From positions 1 to 54,938 of the forward strand of contig DASSDQ010000073.1 of assembly GCA_035697025.1 (NCBI GenBank): DNA of 54,938 nt, given 5' to 3'. The stretch is from Erysipelotrichaceae bacterium (GTDB lineage Bacteria; Bacillota_I; Bacilli_A; Erysipelotrichales; Erysipelotrichaceae). Below, piece after piece: positions 1 to 10,500 of this stretch (position 1 is the first letter of the stretch; each line of letters opens with the position of its first letter). The notes beneath the pieces were generated by a model. It searched no databases. It worked only from the letters and a program-made list of their open reading frames with translations, and was not told the DNA's origin. A program made the position numbers and the translations under genes.

Positions 1-38
1 GGTTAGTATCTAAAGTTAATGCATCGAAATACGAAAAT

Positions 39-81
39 CCTTAGATTGATCAGAAACCCATTGATTGACTAAGGGTTTTTT
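39..81 (+). terminator. Rho-independent terminator of an upstream + strand gene that lies outside the window
   Basis: Imperfect hairpin 39-74 (CCTTAG 39-44 pairs with CTAAGG 69-74, plus inner pairs), followed by a T-run at 76-81. Confidence 0.6.
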
Positions 82-195
82 AAATTTATTCGATTAGAAT
101 GATAGAAAAGTACTATAATGTGCTTAGAACAGAGCGAACGAATTCACGCAAAAAGAAGTTGAGACGAAAATTATTTCAACTTAAGTGCGAAGTTA

Positions 196-208
196 AACGT
201 TAGCGTCA
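196..208. repeat. Putative IS terminal inverted repeat (stop-codon side)
   Basis: AACGTTAGCGTCA is the exact reverse complement of 1418-1430. Confidence 0.6.
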
Positions 209-224
209 TGAACGAGGAATTGAA

Positions 225-1391
225 TTATTTTTTAAGCTTTATTAATTTTGGATCAATTTCAAAGACAGCGATAAATTCACTGGGTGAGAAGTGAAAGAGC
301 TCAATAAATCTTTGAAATGGAGAAAGACCCTTCAGACTTTTACGTCGTTGGGAATTGATGTGGGAGAAGAGTTGATTGATTTCTTCCTGGAAGGCGAAAT
401 CAAGACTTTCTCCTTTTTTAATGAGATAACGGGCTAAAGAATGATTGCGTTCACAGCCGCCTTTTTGATCGGAGGCATACGGATCACAATAGAAGACGCG
501 ACAGATATTGACGCCTTTGGCATCGTTCTCAACCAAAGGAAGCGATTGAAACTCTGCGCCATTATCCGTCAGTAGACAATCAAAGAAGAGATGGTTCTGA
601 TGGACAAGGGTTTGAATGAAGGCTTGGACCGCTTGGTTCACTGCATAAGCGGATCGATTAATTAGAATGCCCCATTGGAACTTCGATTGGGGTTCATAAA
701 GCGTTAATAAGACTTTGGCGTCATTTCGTTTACCAATCATGGTATCCAATTGTAAGACGACCCGTGGTTTCGTAGCGGTATAATCCAGATAGTCTTGATA
801 GGTACGATTCACTAAAAGCTCGATATTAATGCGTTTACGCGGAGCTTGACGCATTTCCTTCTGATACGGAAAACGAATCGTTCGCGGTAAATCGATGTTT
901 TGGCACGTTAAGTAGCGTTTATCAATGTAGCGACGAAGCGTCGCCTCCGATTGTGTAATCGAAAGGTCTGTCGTCAGGATGTGATACAGCGATTGATGAT
1001 CTCGAATCCGTTGACTAATTTTATCATCGAGTTCTTTGAGTTGAACCTGCGACAGTTGCGGATGTGCTCGCGACGCTTTGAGTCGATGACGGGCCAAATG
1101 ATCCGCTTCATACGCATCATACGCAACCCGATGATTGGTACAAGATGAGTAGTGAAAACAGCGGTTACAGACAAACGGAAAGTCGTTGAGTTTCTTACAG
1201 GCATGGTGTGTACTGCGTAAGAAAAGTTTAGATTTACACGGTAATTTTAAACTATTTCGCTTAAGTTCACGATAAACCGAAGCAGGATGACAGTCCAGAA
1301 TCTGACTGATCGAAGCACAACTACATTGTGCTTGATGTTCTAACTGATATTGTAAAATGACGCGATCACGAATGGTAAGTTGATTAAACAT
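225..1391 (-). CDS. IS30 family transposase (DDE)
   Basis: N-terminal HTH (LTIRDRVILQYQL...ISQILDCHPASVYRELKRN). DDE-type motifs LQLDTM, LLTDNGAEF and CERNHSLARYLIKKG. The start is set at ATG 1391, 7 nt after GGAG. The ORF-track start at 1415 is a GTG with no RBS. Confidence 0.85.
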   Translation of the reverse strand: MFNQLTIRDRVILQYQLEHQAQCSCASISQILDCHPASVYRELKRNSLKLPCKSKLFLRSTHHACKKLNDFPFVCNRCFHYSSCTNHRVAYDAYEADHLARHRLKASRAHPQLSQVQLKELDDKISQRIRDHQSLYHILTTDLSITQSEATLRRYIDKRYLTCQNIDLPRTIRFPYQKEMRQAPRKRINIELLVNRTYQDYLDYTATKPRVVLQLDTMIGKRNDAKVLLTLYEPQSKFQWGILINRSAYAVNQAVQAFIQTLVHQNHLFFDCLLTDNGAEFQSLPLVENDAKGVNICRVFYCDPYASDQKGGCERNHSLARYLIKKGESLDFAFQEEINQLFSHINSQRRKSLKGLSPFQRFIELFHFSPSEFIAVFEIDPKLIKLKK

Positions 1392-1417
1392 ACGCATTCT
1401 CCTTTCTCTTTCCACTC

Positions 1418-1430
1418 TGACGCTAACGTT
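1418..1430. repeat. Putative IS terminal inverted repeat (start-codon side)
   Basis: TGACGCTAACGTT is the exact reverse complement of 196-208. Confidence 0.6.
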
Positions 1431-1450
1431 ATTCTCAGTATAAACGAATA

Positions 1451-1478
1451 AAAATTAAAAAAAGACGATTTCAGTCTT
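1451..1478 (-). terminator. Minus-strand terminator-like hairpin just upstream of the transposase
   Basis: AAGAC (1462-1466) pairs with GTCTT (1474-1478). The A-run at 1457-1463 on the + strand reads as a T-run after the hairpin on the - strand. Confidence 0.4.
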
Positions 1479-1531
1479 AATGCAAAACATCATTGCATTT
1501 AATTATTTATCTAACCTCGACACGTTTTTTC

Positions 1532-1559
1532 TTGACTTATTCTTATAGTTTGATAGAAT
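1532..1559 (+). promoter_or_regulatory. Sigma-A type promoter of rplJL
   Basis: -35 TTGACT at 1532-1537, 16-nt spacer containing TGa, -10 TAGAAT at 1554-1559. Confidence 0.6.
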
Positions 1560-1565
1560 AAAGTC

Positions 1566-1707
1566 TGTTCAATAGACCAAAGACAGCAACGGCCTAGTGC
1601 TTAATAAAGTTGCCGAGGTGTAAAAGATAGAAAAATCTTTTTACTCACGCTGTCTAGTGTGAGTTTTATTATTTTGGGATATTGCGTAAATCAAGGAGGT
1701 GCAACAG
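1566..1707 (+). promoter_or_regulatory. rplJ 5' leader (L10-leader-like) with attenuator hairpin
   Basis: A roughly 140-nt UTR. Hairpin AAAGAT/ATCTTT at 1623-1640. Hairpin ACTCAC (1643-1648)/GTGAGT (1658-1663) followed by TTTTATTATTTT. The position matches the known L10(L12)4 autoregulatory leader in Firmicutes. Confidence 0.45.
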
Positions 1708-2199
1708 ATGAACCAAACGATTATCGACAGTAAAATTGCGGTTGTTAATGAAGTCAAAGAAAAACTAGAAGCTTCAGCATCAAGCGTAGTCGTCGAATAT
1801 CGCGGGCTATCCGTTAAAGAAGTTACCGAATTGCGCCGTGCATTACTAGTTGATGGTATAGACTTTAAAGTCTATAAGAATTCAATGGTAGAACGTGCTG
1901 CAAACGATCTCGGTTATGCTGCTTTAGCAGAAAGTCTAAAAGGGCCTAATGCCTTTGCATTCAGCAAAGATGCAGTAGCGCCAGCGCGCGTATTAGCGAA
2001 ATTCGCTAAAAAGCATGAGCATTTAGTATTAAAAGGTGGAGTTATTGAAGGCAAAGTTGTCGATGTAGCTACTATCAAAGTATTGGCTAGTTTACCAGGT
2101 CGCGAAGGCATGATTTCTATGATCTTGGGTATGTTACAATCCCCAGTTCGTAAATTCGCTTATGCGATTTCACAAGTAGCTGAACAAAAACAAGCGTAA
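1708..2199 (+). CDS. rplJ: 50S ribosomal protein L10
   Basis: The protein is L10-like. AAGGAGG at 1693-1699 lies 8 nt before ATG 1708. The ORF-track GTG at 1699 overlaps the RBS. Confidence 0.95.
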   Translation: MNQTIIDSKIAVVNEVKEKLEASASSVVVEYRGLSVKEVTELRRALLVDGIDFKVYKNSMVERAANDLGYAALAESLKGPNAFAFSKDAVAPARVLAKFAKKHEHLVLKGGVIEGKVVDVATIKVLASLPGREGMISMILGMLQSPVRKFAYAISQVAEQKQA

Positions 2200-2221
2200 T
2201 TTAATCAAGGAGAAAATGAAC

Positions 2222-2593
2222 ATGGCAAAATTAAATGCACAAGATGTGATTGCTTCCCTAAAGGAAATGACAATCTTAGAATTGAATGACTTAGTAAAAG
2301 CAATCGAAGAAGAATTCGGCGTATCCGCAGCTGCACCTGTTGCTGCAGCAGCAGCAGCTGAAGAAGCAGCTCCAGCTGGACCTGTTGAAGTTGATGTAAT
2401 CTTAAAAGAAGTTGGACCAAGCAAAGTTGCAGTTATCAAAGTTGTTCGTGAATTAACAGGCTTAGGCTTAGTTGAAGCGAAGGGCGTTGTTGACTCAGCA
2501 CCACGTGCAATCAAGGAAAAAGTTTCCGAAGAAGTTGCAGCTGAAGTTAAGAAGAAATTAGAAGAAGCTGGCGCAACTGTAGAAATCAAGTAA
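2222..2593 (+). CDS. rplL: 50S ribosomal protein L7/L12
   Basis: [34 protein letters not shown], an Ala-rich hinge, and a C-terminal domain with [21 protein letters not shown] at 2207-2212 lies 9 nt before ATG 2222. Confidence 0.95.
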   Translation: MAKLNAQDVIASLKEMTILELNDLVKAIEEEFGVSAAAPVAAAAAAEEAAPAGPVEVDVILKEVGPSKVAVIKVVRELTGLGLVEAKGVVDSAPRAIKEKVSEEVAAEVKKKLEEAGATVEIK

Positions 2594-2600
2594 TCCTTTT

Positions 2601-2622
2601 TCACAAACACTTAGTGTTGTGA
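2601..2622 (+). promoter_or_regulatory. Hairpin without a U-tract between rplL and the downstream genes (possible partial attenuator)
   Basis: TCACAAACAC (2601-2610) pairs with GTGTTGTGA (2614-2622), with one bulge. Confidence 0.25.
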
Positions 2623-2635
2623 AGGGGGGGTCATT

Positions 2636-3235
2636 TTGACACATTACTTTAAAAACTCAGAAAATTTACCCCATAACCGGAAGGAAATAACTTTCCGGTT
2701 TTTGGGCATTTTCTATACTTTGCAAGTTGATGCGGGAGTTTTCTCGAAGACAAAGCCAGATGATGGATCTTTGTTGCTCGTTGAGAACGTACTAAAACAT
2801 GCTCCGAACGGTAAAGTATTAGATATGGGTTGTGGTTATGGATTAATTTCACTCTTACTTAAACATCAAATTAAAGAATTAGATGTGACAGGTGTTGATG
2901 TGAATGAACGTGCCATTACTTGTGCAATTGAGAGTGCTAAGGCAATGAAGTTAGATGTTAACTTTATAAACCAAGACATTCTATCTGGTTTAGATGGAAC
3001 ATTTGATTGTATTGTGACCAACCCACCAATCCGAGCGGGTAAGAAAGTAGTCTATGCTTTCTTCGATTATGCTCAATCACATTTGAATCAAGATGGAGGT
3101 TTCTATGTGGTGATACGTCGCCAACAAGGAGCCGCATCTGCTCATAAAGCACTTCAGGAACGTTTTGCACATGTAGAACGTCTGGATCTAAATAAAGGGT
3201 TTGAGATACTATTTGCTCAAAATCCATTGACTTAA
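2636..3235 (+). CDS. Class I SAM-dependent methyltransferase, RsmC/YbxB-like (16S rRNA m2G-type)
   Basis: Motif I VLDMGCGYGLIS and the VTNPPI catalytic motif. It sits between rplL and rpoB, as B. subtilis ybxB does. TTG start lies 5 nt after GAAGGGGGGG. Confidence 0.75.
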   Translation: MTHYFKNSENLPHNRKEITFRFLGIFYTLQVDAGVFSKTKPDDGSLLLVENVLKHAPNGKVLDMGCGYGLISLLLKHQIKELDVTGVDVNERAITCAIESAKAMKLDVNFINQDILSGLDGTFDCIVTNPPIRAGKKVVYAFFDYAQSHLNQDGGFYVVIRRQQGAASAHKALQERFAHVERLDLNKGFEILFAQNPLT

Positions 3236-3336
3236 TACTATCTTTTTGGTAGTATTATAAATTGCATAAATGTTAAATGATACGATGGGAAAGAATGCCC
3301 ATTTTTGTGTCATTTATATATGAAAGGAAGGCGTAT

Positions 3337-6300
3337 ATGGAGAAAAAACAGAATTACCGCGTTGTCGAATTCGGTAAAAAAGCTAAACGCCGCGATTACT
3401 CAAAAGTTAGTGGAAGCTTAGAACTTCCTAACTTAGTTGAAATTCAAACCGATTCTTTTGATTGGTTTAAACGCGAGGGTATTCGTGAAGTATTTGAAGA
3501 AATTTATCCTGTAACCAACTATACAGGGAACATTCGTTTAAATTTCTTAAACTATGAATTTCAAGAACCAAAATATTCCGTCAGTGAATGTAAAGAACGA
3601 GAAGCTAACTATGCGGCGCCATTAAAAGCGACGATGATGTTAGAAATCACGAACCCAACCACCGGTGAAATAACAGAACGTCATGAAGAAGTCTTCTTGG
3701 GTGAATTCCCACTTATGACTGATACAGGAACATTTGTTATAAATGGGGCTGAACGTGTTATCGTTTCCCAAATTGTTCGTTCTCCTGGAGCTTACTATGA
3801 CTCTTTCTATATGAAGGATAAAGAAGCAAGCTTAAATGAAGTATACAAGAGCGAATTAATTCCAAGTCGTGGTACATGGCTTGAATTTATGACGGCTTAC
3901 AAAAAAGCAAATAATCCACAAGCTAGTTATTCTGGCGAAAATGTGGGACAAAATACATCAGACTTCCACTTTAATGTGAGTATTGATCGTAAACGTAAAA
4001 TATTATCTTCCATCCTATTTAAAGCGATTGGTTTCTCTTTAGATATGGAACGTGGTGAAGATGCTTTTGATACGTCTGCGTTCAAAGTCTTCCTACAATC
4101 ATTAAAACTTCCTGTTAATGAAATTGAAATGGAAGTTGAACCTAGAGAATTCTTAAATCTCTATATTCTACTTTATACTGCGTTCTTTGGTCAGTATCCT
4201 GAAGTTGTTAATACGTTAGTATCTGACAAAATCAAAACAACTAAAGAAGCTCTATACGAAATCTATAACAACCAACGTTCAGATGAAATCGCGACTGAAG
4301 AAGGTGCGATTAACTTAATGCGTGCAAAATTCTTTGATGTACGTCGTTATGACTTAACTAAAGCAGGACGCTTTAAATTAGGTAAAAAATTAGGTGTTAC
4401 AAATCGTTTAATCAATAATATCGTTGCACAAGACATCGTTAACTCAAAAGGTCAAGTTGTTATTGCGAAGGGTACTAAGATTGAACGTGAAGAAAAAGCG
4501 ATCCTAAATGAAATCTTGAATCAAGGTCATCATATGGAAGCATTCCCTTTCAATGCTTTATTCTCCTATCCTGAAAATGCAAAAGTAAGTACAGCTTATC
4601 CATTTGCTTTAATCGGTCGAGTATTAGCGATTGAATGTGAAGTAAATGGCGTTACATATGATAAAGGCTTAGTTTTAACATCCAATGATGTCGAAGCTTT
4701 AGCATCTGTTTATGAACACATTGAAATCTATGGTGGTATTATTGCGCGTCGTGTTGTTTTAGATAAGAACAATGTTCGTGCAGTGTTGAACTATGGACAA
4801 CGTTTGTTTGTCTTAGGTCGTATTACTGCGAAGGATCAAGACGTATTTACAAGCAATCAAGAATTATTAGTTGATCGTTACTTACCAAGTGAAGCAGTTG
4901 CGAAACTTAAATCAGATCAAGAACAAGCCCTTGTGAATCTAGTTGGTTCAAACAATGGTATTGAAGCTTGGTTGATTGGAGCTGCTGTTCAACAAGTTCT
5001 TTGTTACGCTAAGGAAAGTACAGATGTTGTTAAAGTCATCGGTACAGATCCATTAATGACGAAGAAAACTGTAACGATGAGTGATATGATCGCTTCATTT
5101 GATTACTTACTCAATCTTGATGATGGAGTGGGTGAAACAGATGATATTGACCAATTAGGTAATCGTCGTATTCGTACTGTTGGAGAACTTATCCAAAATC
5201 AATTCCGTATTGGACTATCTCGTATGGAAAGAGTTGTTAAGGAAAGAATGTCGATTACTGACAATACAAACTTAACACCGAAGAACTTAACGAATATCCG
5301 TCCATTAACTGCGGCTATAAAAGAATTCTTCTCATCATCTCAATTATCACAGTTCATGGATCAAACGAACCCATTGGCTGAATTAACCAATAAACGTCGT
5401 ATCTCAGCTCTAGGACCTGGTGGTCTTACTCGTGAACGCGCTGGCTTTGAAGTCCGTGACGTACATGCATCCCACTATGGCCGTATCTGTCCAATTGAAA
5501 CACCAGAAGGACCAAACATTGGTTTGATCTCTAACTTAACTTCTTATGGTCGTGTTAATGAATATGGATTTATCCAAACACCATACCGTGTAGTTAATAA
5601 AGATGGAACCGTTGATGAAAAAGTACTTTACTTATCCTCTGACGATGAAATGGATTACTACATTGCGCAAGCAAATGAAGTTATCGACGGGAAATTAGCT
5701 CATGATGAAGTTGTCGTACGTTATAAGGGAGACCACATTCTTGCGAAGAAAGAAATGGTTGAACTAGCGGACGTTTCACCTAAGCAAATTGTATCTGTTG
5801 CGACAGCATGTATTCCTTACTTAGAAAACGATGATGCGTCTCGTGCCCTAATGGGAGCGAACATGCAACGTCAAGCAATTCCTCTATTACGTCCTAATTC
5901 ACCATATGTTGGTACGGGTATTGAACACCGTATTGCATCTGACTCAGGTTCAGCAGTTATCGCAACTCAACAAGGTCTAGTAACTTATGTTGATGCGAAT
6001 AAGATTGTGACGATGGGTGATTTAGGTGAAAAAGTCTATGCTCTACAAAAATTTAAACGTTCTAACCAAGGAACATGTATCAACCAAAAACCTCTTGTAC
6101 AAAAAGGCGAAATGGTAGATCGTGGGGATGTCTTAGCGGACGGACCTGCTATGCAAAATGGTGAGTTGGCTTTAGGTCAAAACGTTAAAATAGCATTTAT
6201 GACATGGTATGGCTATAACTATGAAGATGCGGTCATCATGTCAGAACGTCTCGTTAAAGAAGATGTTTACACATCAATCCATATTGAAGAATATGACATT

Positions 6301-7518
6301 GAAGTACGCGATACTAAATTAGGAGCAGAAGAAATCACTCGTGATATTCCAAACGTTTCTCAAGATGCATGCCGTCATTTAGATGCACGCGGTATCGTTA
6401 TGATTGGGGCAGAAGTTAAAGAAGGCGATATCCTAGTTGGTAAAGTTACACCTAAGGGACAAAGCGAAATTTCTCCAGAAGAAAAATTATTATTAGCAAT
6501 CTTCGGTGATAAATCACGTGAAGTTCGTGACAACTCACTTAAAGTTCCTCATGGTGGTAGTGGTATTGTTCAATCTGTTCGTATTTTCAAACGTTCAGAA
6601 GGACATGATTTACCTCCTGGAGTGAATGAAGTTGTAAAAGTTTATATCGTTCAAAAACGTAAGATCTCCGAAGGGGATAAGATGGCAGGACGTCATGGTA
6701 ATAAAGGGGTTATCTCTAAGATTTTACCAGTGGAAGATATGCCATTCCTACCTGATGGATCACAAGTTGATATCATGTTAAACCCATTCGGCGTTCCATC
6801 TCGTATGAACATCGGACAAGTACTTGAAATTCACTTAGGTTTAGCAGCTGAGAAATTAGGTGTTAAATTCGCGACTCCAGTCTTTGACGGTATTAACAAT
6901 GAAGATTTAAAAGACATTCTACGTGAAGCTGAAATGAGTGAAGATGGTAAGACTACTCTGTTTGATGGTCGTACTGGTGAAGCATTCGATGAACGTATTT
7001 CTGTAGGGGTCATGTATATGATCAAGTTAGCCCACATGGTTGACGATAAATTGCATGCACGTGCAACAGGTCCTTATTCTCTAGTAACGCAACAACCTTT
7101 AGGTGGTAAAGCACAAAATGGTGGACAACGTTTCGGGGAAATGGAAGTTTGGGCACTTGAAGCATATGGTGCTGCGCATACATTACAAGAAATCTTAACC
7201 ATTAAATCTGATGATATCATGGGTCGTACTAAGACGTATGAAGCCATCATTAAGGGAAAAGATATTCCTGAACCTGGAGTTCCAGAATCATTCAGAGTTC
7301 TAAAACATGAATTAAACGCTTTAGGTATCGATGTACGTCTTCTTGATGAACAAGGGGATGAAGTTGGTATGAAGAAGATTGAAGTAGAAGATGCGGTTGC
7401 GGTCAATCCTGATGAAGAGATTGAAGCAGTTGCGGATCTACAAAATGATGAAGAATTTATCGCTGAGGCCGCGATCGTCGGAGCCGATGATTACGAAGAC
7501 CTTGGCGAAGAAGAATAG
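3337..7518 (+). CDS. rpoB: DNA-directed RNA polymerase subunit beta (expanded, 1393 aa)
   Basis: [40 protein letters not shown] and [21 protein letters not shown] 3337 lies 5 nt after GAAAGGAAGG. The ORF-track extension back to 3277 was rejected. Confidence 0.97.
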   Translation: MEKKQNYRVVEFGKKAKRRDYSKVSGSLELPNLVEIQTDSFDWFKREGIREVFEEIYPVTNYTGNIRLNFLNYEFQEPKYSVSECKEREANYAAPLKATMMLEITNPTTGEITERHEEVFLGEFPLMTDTGTFVINGAERVIVSQIVRSPGAYYDSFYMKDKEASLNEVYKSELIPSRGTWLEFMTAYKKANNPQASYSGENVGQNTSDFHFNVSIDRKRKILSSILFKAIGFSLDMERGEDAFDTSAFKVFLQSLKLPVNEIEMEVEPREFLNLYILLYTAFFGQYPEVVNTLVSDKIKTTKEALYEIYNNQRSDEIATEEGAINLMRAKFFDVRRYDLTKAGRFKLGKKLGVTNRLINNIVAQDIVNSKGQVVIAKGTKIEREEKAILNEILNQGHHMEAFPFNALFSYPENAKVSTAYPFALIGRVLAIECEVNGVTYDKGLVLTSNDVEALASVYEHIEIYGGIIARRVVLDKNNVRAVLNYGQRLFVLGRITAKDQDVFTSNQELLVDRYLPSEAVAKLKSDQEQALVNLVGSNNGIEAWLIGAAVQQVLCYAKESTDVVKVIGTDPLMTKKTVTMSDMIASFDYLLNLDDGVGETDDIDQLGNRRIRTVGELIQNQFRIGLSRMERVVKERMSITDNTNLTPKNLTNIRPLTAAIKEFFSSSQLSQFMDQTNPLAELTNKRRISALGPGGLTRERAGFEVRDVHASHYGRICPIETPEGPNIGLISNLTSYGRVNEYGFIQTPYRVVNKDGTVDEKVLYLSSDDEMDYYIAQANEVIDGKLAHDEVVVRYKGDHILAKKEMVELADVSPKQIVSVATACIPYLENDDASRALMGANMQRQAIPLLRPNSPYVGTGIEHRIASDSGSAVIATQQGLVTYVDANKIVTMGDLGEKVYALQKFKRSNQGTCINQKPLVQKGEMVDRGDVLADGPAMQNGELALGQNVKIAFMTWYGYNYEDAVIMSERLVKEDVYTSIHIEEYDIEVRDTKLGAEEITRDIPNVSQDACRHLDARGIVMIGAEVKEGDILVGKVTPKGQSEISPEEKLLLAIFGDKSREVRDNSLKVPHGGSGIVQSVRIFKRSEGHDLPPGVNEVVKVYIVQKRKISEGDKMAGRHGNKGVISKILPVEDMPFLPDGSQVDIMLNPFGVPSRMNIGQVLEIHLGLAAEKLGVKFATPVFDGINNEDLKDILREAEMSEDGKTTLFDGRTGEAFDERISVGVMYMIKLAHMVDDKLHARATGPYSLVTQQPLGGKAQNGGQRFGEMEVWALEAYGAAHTLQEILTIKSDDIMGRTKTYEAIIKGKDIPEPGVPESFRVLKHELNALGIDVRLLDEQGDEVGMKKIEVEDAVAVNPDEEIEAVADLQNDEEFIAEAAIVGADDYEDLGEEE

Positions 7519-7530
7519 GAGGAGACCGGC

Positions 7531-10500
7531 ATGAGTATAAACAATTTTGCTGCGATTCAGATTGGATTAGCCTCTCCTGAATTAATTCGTGAATGGTCCC
7601 ATGGTGAAGTTAAGAAACCAGAAACCATTAACTATCGTTCACAAAAACCTGAACGTGATGGTTTATTCTGCGAACGTATCTTCGGACCTTCCAAGGACTG
7701 GGAATGCTACTGTGGAAAATATAAGAAAGTGCGCTACAAAGGGGTTGTTTGTGACCGTTGTGGAGTTGAAGTAACGAAATCATCTGTACGTCGTGAACGT
7801 ATGGGTCATATTGAACTTGCTGCACCTGTTGCACATATCTGGTATTTACGTGGTATTCCTTCACGTATGAGTTTACTTTTAGGTATTACACCTAAGAACT
7901 TAGAAGAAGTAGTATATTTCGTTTCATGGGTTGTTACTGACTCAGGAAATACACCACTTCAATTCAAACAAATTTTATCCGAACAAGAATACCGTAACTT
8001 CTCACGTCGTTACGGATACGGTTCATTCACAGCGAAAACTGGGGCTGAAGCGGTTAAAGAACTTCTTGAACGTGTTGATCTTGAAAAAGAACATAAAGCA
8101 GTTATTGAAGATTTAAGAGAAGCACAAGGCGACAAACGTAAGAAATTAATCAAACGTTTAGAAACCATTGATGCATTCAGAAACTCACATAACCAACCGG
8201 AATGGATGGTATTAACCATGCTTCCAGTTATTCCACCAGATTTACGTCCAATGTTGCAGTTGGATGGTGGACGTTTCGCAACAAGTGATTTAAATGACTT
8301 ATACCGTCGTGTAATCACTCGTAATAATCGTTTACGTAAACTCATTGATATGGGTACACCTGCGATTATCGTACAAAACGAAAAACGTATGTTACAAGAA
8401 GCAGTTGATGCATTGATTGACAATGGACGTCGTTCAAAACCTATTTCAGGGGCTGGCGGTCGTGCATTAAAATCCTTGTCTCATAGCTTAAAAGGTAAAC
8501 AAGGTCGTTTCCGTCAAAACTTACTTGGAAAACGTGTTGACTTCTCCGGACGTTCCGTTATCGCCGTTGGACCAGATTTAAAGATGTTCCAATGTGGTAT
8601 TCCACGTGAAATGGCTATCCAATTATTCAAACCTTTCGTTATTAACGAAATCGTAAACCGTGGTATTTCATCAAATCCTAAGAGTGCTGAGAAATTGATT
8701 GAACGTCAAGATCCACGCGTTTGGGACGTTGTTGAAGCAGTTATTCAAAACCACCCAGTATTACTAAACCGTGCGCCTACTCTTCATAGACTTGGTATCC
8801 AAGCATTTATGCCAAAACTAGTTGAAGGACGTGCAATTCGTCTACACCCACTTGTTACTCCAGCGTTCAATGCGGACTTTGATGGTGACCAAATGGCGGT
8901 ACACGTACCACTTTCTGAATCAGCACGTGCTGAAGCTGAAGTGTTGATGTTAGGTTCCAATAACATTCTTGGTCCTAAAGATGGTAAGCCTATCGTTACA
9001 CCATCCCAAGACATGGTTATGGGTAACTTCTACTTAAACATGGAAGAAAAAGCATCTGAATACTATGAAAAAGCATTAATTCTTGAAGCACTTGGTGATA
9101 AAGAAGCAGCTAAGATGTGGCATTTATTCGGTGAGAATGAAGGTCATGTATTCCGTGATATCAATGAAGCAGTAATTGCTTATGAAAATAAGCACATTCA
9201 CTTGCATACTCGTATCGCAGTTAAAGCAAGCACATTACACAAAGATGCATTTACAGAAGCACAAAATAAATCATACTTAATCACAACTGTTGGTAAGTTA
9301 ATTTTCAATGAAATGTTCCCAAGTGATTTCCCATACTTAAATGAAGTCACGAAAGAAAACTTTGTCGCAACACCTGATCGTTATTTCTTAGCGCAAGGTC
9401 AAAATGTCAAAGATTACGTTGCACAATTACCAATCAGTAAAGACTATAAGAAGAAAGACTTAGGAACAATTATCTCCGAAGTATTCAATCGTTATGGAAC
9501 ATCCCAAACATCAATTATCTTAGATAAGATTAAAGACAATGGATTTAAGTACTCTACGATTGCTGGTATGACCGTTGCGTTAAGTGACATCGTTGTATCA
9601 CCAAATACTGCGAACTTTGTAGAACAAGGTAAGATTCAAGAATCTCGTTTAATGGAATTACGCCAACGTGGACGTCTAACGCCTCGTGAGTGGGAACGCC
9701 ATGTAACGCTATTATGGGATCGTATCAAATCAGAAATTGGAAAAGACTTGGAAGCCCATTTACCTCGTAAGAATCCAATCAACATGATGAAAACATCTGG
9801 TGCGCGTGGTAATGCGTCTCACTTTACGCAATTAGCGGGTACTCGTGGATTGATGGGTAAACCATTCAAAGCGGCTACAAGTGGTGATGTACTACAACAA
9901 TACGAATCAGAAGATGTTACTAAGAACAAAGAACCTCTAATCGATAAAGTTACTGACTTAATCGAATGGGGCGTACTTGATTACTTGATTCCAAGTGATG
10001 ATATTGAAAAGATTAAAACAATTGAAGATCATGCTCAACGTGCGGAATTCATTCGCAGTGTTGGGGATAGTATCGTCGATCGTAAGAAAAAAGAAGGCTT
10101 AGATGATATCTTGCGTAAAGCAACATCTTCTTGGCAAAAACAAAGCTTAATTCTCGATTTATTGAAAGAAGAATCCAAGGAAATCTTTGGTGAATTACAC
10201 GCTAACGAAATCAAAACGTTAAAAACAATTAAAGACTTGAAAGAACGCTCAGAAGTTCTAAAAGCACTTGCTCGTCGCTTAGTTGAAGAAAACCGAGTAA
10301 CGGAAGAAACCTTGCATAAAGCTGAAATCTCTCGTCAATTACGCGTAACAGTAATGGAATTATTGAACAAAGAATCTGAAATGATTGTAGATTTACTTAC
10401 TCCAGATCAGAAGTTAGAACTTCAATCCATTAATCGTACAAAGAACCATGAAGCATTGCGTAACTTCGCATTAGAATTAATGAATGACAATTCATTGAAT

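Larger units (their letters stand above)
196..1430 (-). mobile_element. IS30-family insertion sequence (boundaries approximate)
   Basis: A single transposase ORF is flanked by a perfect 13-bp inverted repeat, AACGTTAGCGTCA, at 196-208 and 1418-1430. No target-site duplication was recognised. Confidence 0.65.

Noticed and set aside
1-1519. An alternative, longer IS with ends at 1-23 and 1497-1519 (GGTTAG...TTAATGCA against the reverse complement GGTTAG...TTAAATGCA).
   Set aside because: Only about 16 of 23 positions match, and the sequence is AT-rich. This model would place the upstream gene's terminator inside the IS, and it would need the element to begin exactly at the arbitrary window edge. 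The perfect 13-bp repeat at 196-208 and 1418-1430 is the better candidate.
2170-2610. Long antisense ORFs inside highly expressed genes: 2170-2610, 8010-8423, 10512-11090, 16955-17410, 28000-28371 and 32582-32917, all on the minus strand.
   Set aside because: Each lies entirely within a well-supported conserved gene on the opposite strand. Their products are low-complexity (rich in S, T, P and L), and none has an RBS. They are shadow ORFs produced by the codon bias of the sense gene.
3277-3336. N-terminal extensions in the ORF track, with starts at 1699, 2216, 3277, 23500, 29880, 31656, 33954, 39216, 42721, 44964, 45658, 47659, 49060 and 50895. The minus-strand ORFs have the same problem at their upstream ends: 1415, 53148 and 53645.
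   Set aside because: These starts are mostly GTG or TTG, or ATG codons without a Shine-Dalgarno sequence. They overlap upstream genes, terminators or the RBS itself. Internal ATG codons 5-9 nt after a GGAGG-like RBS give N-termini that match the conserved families.
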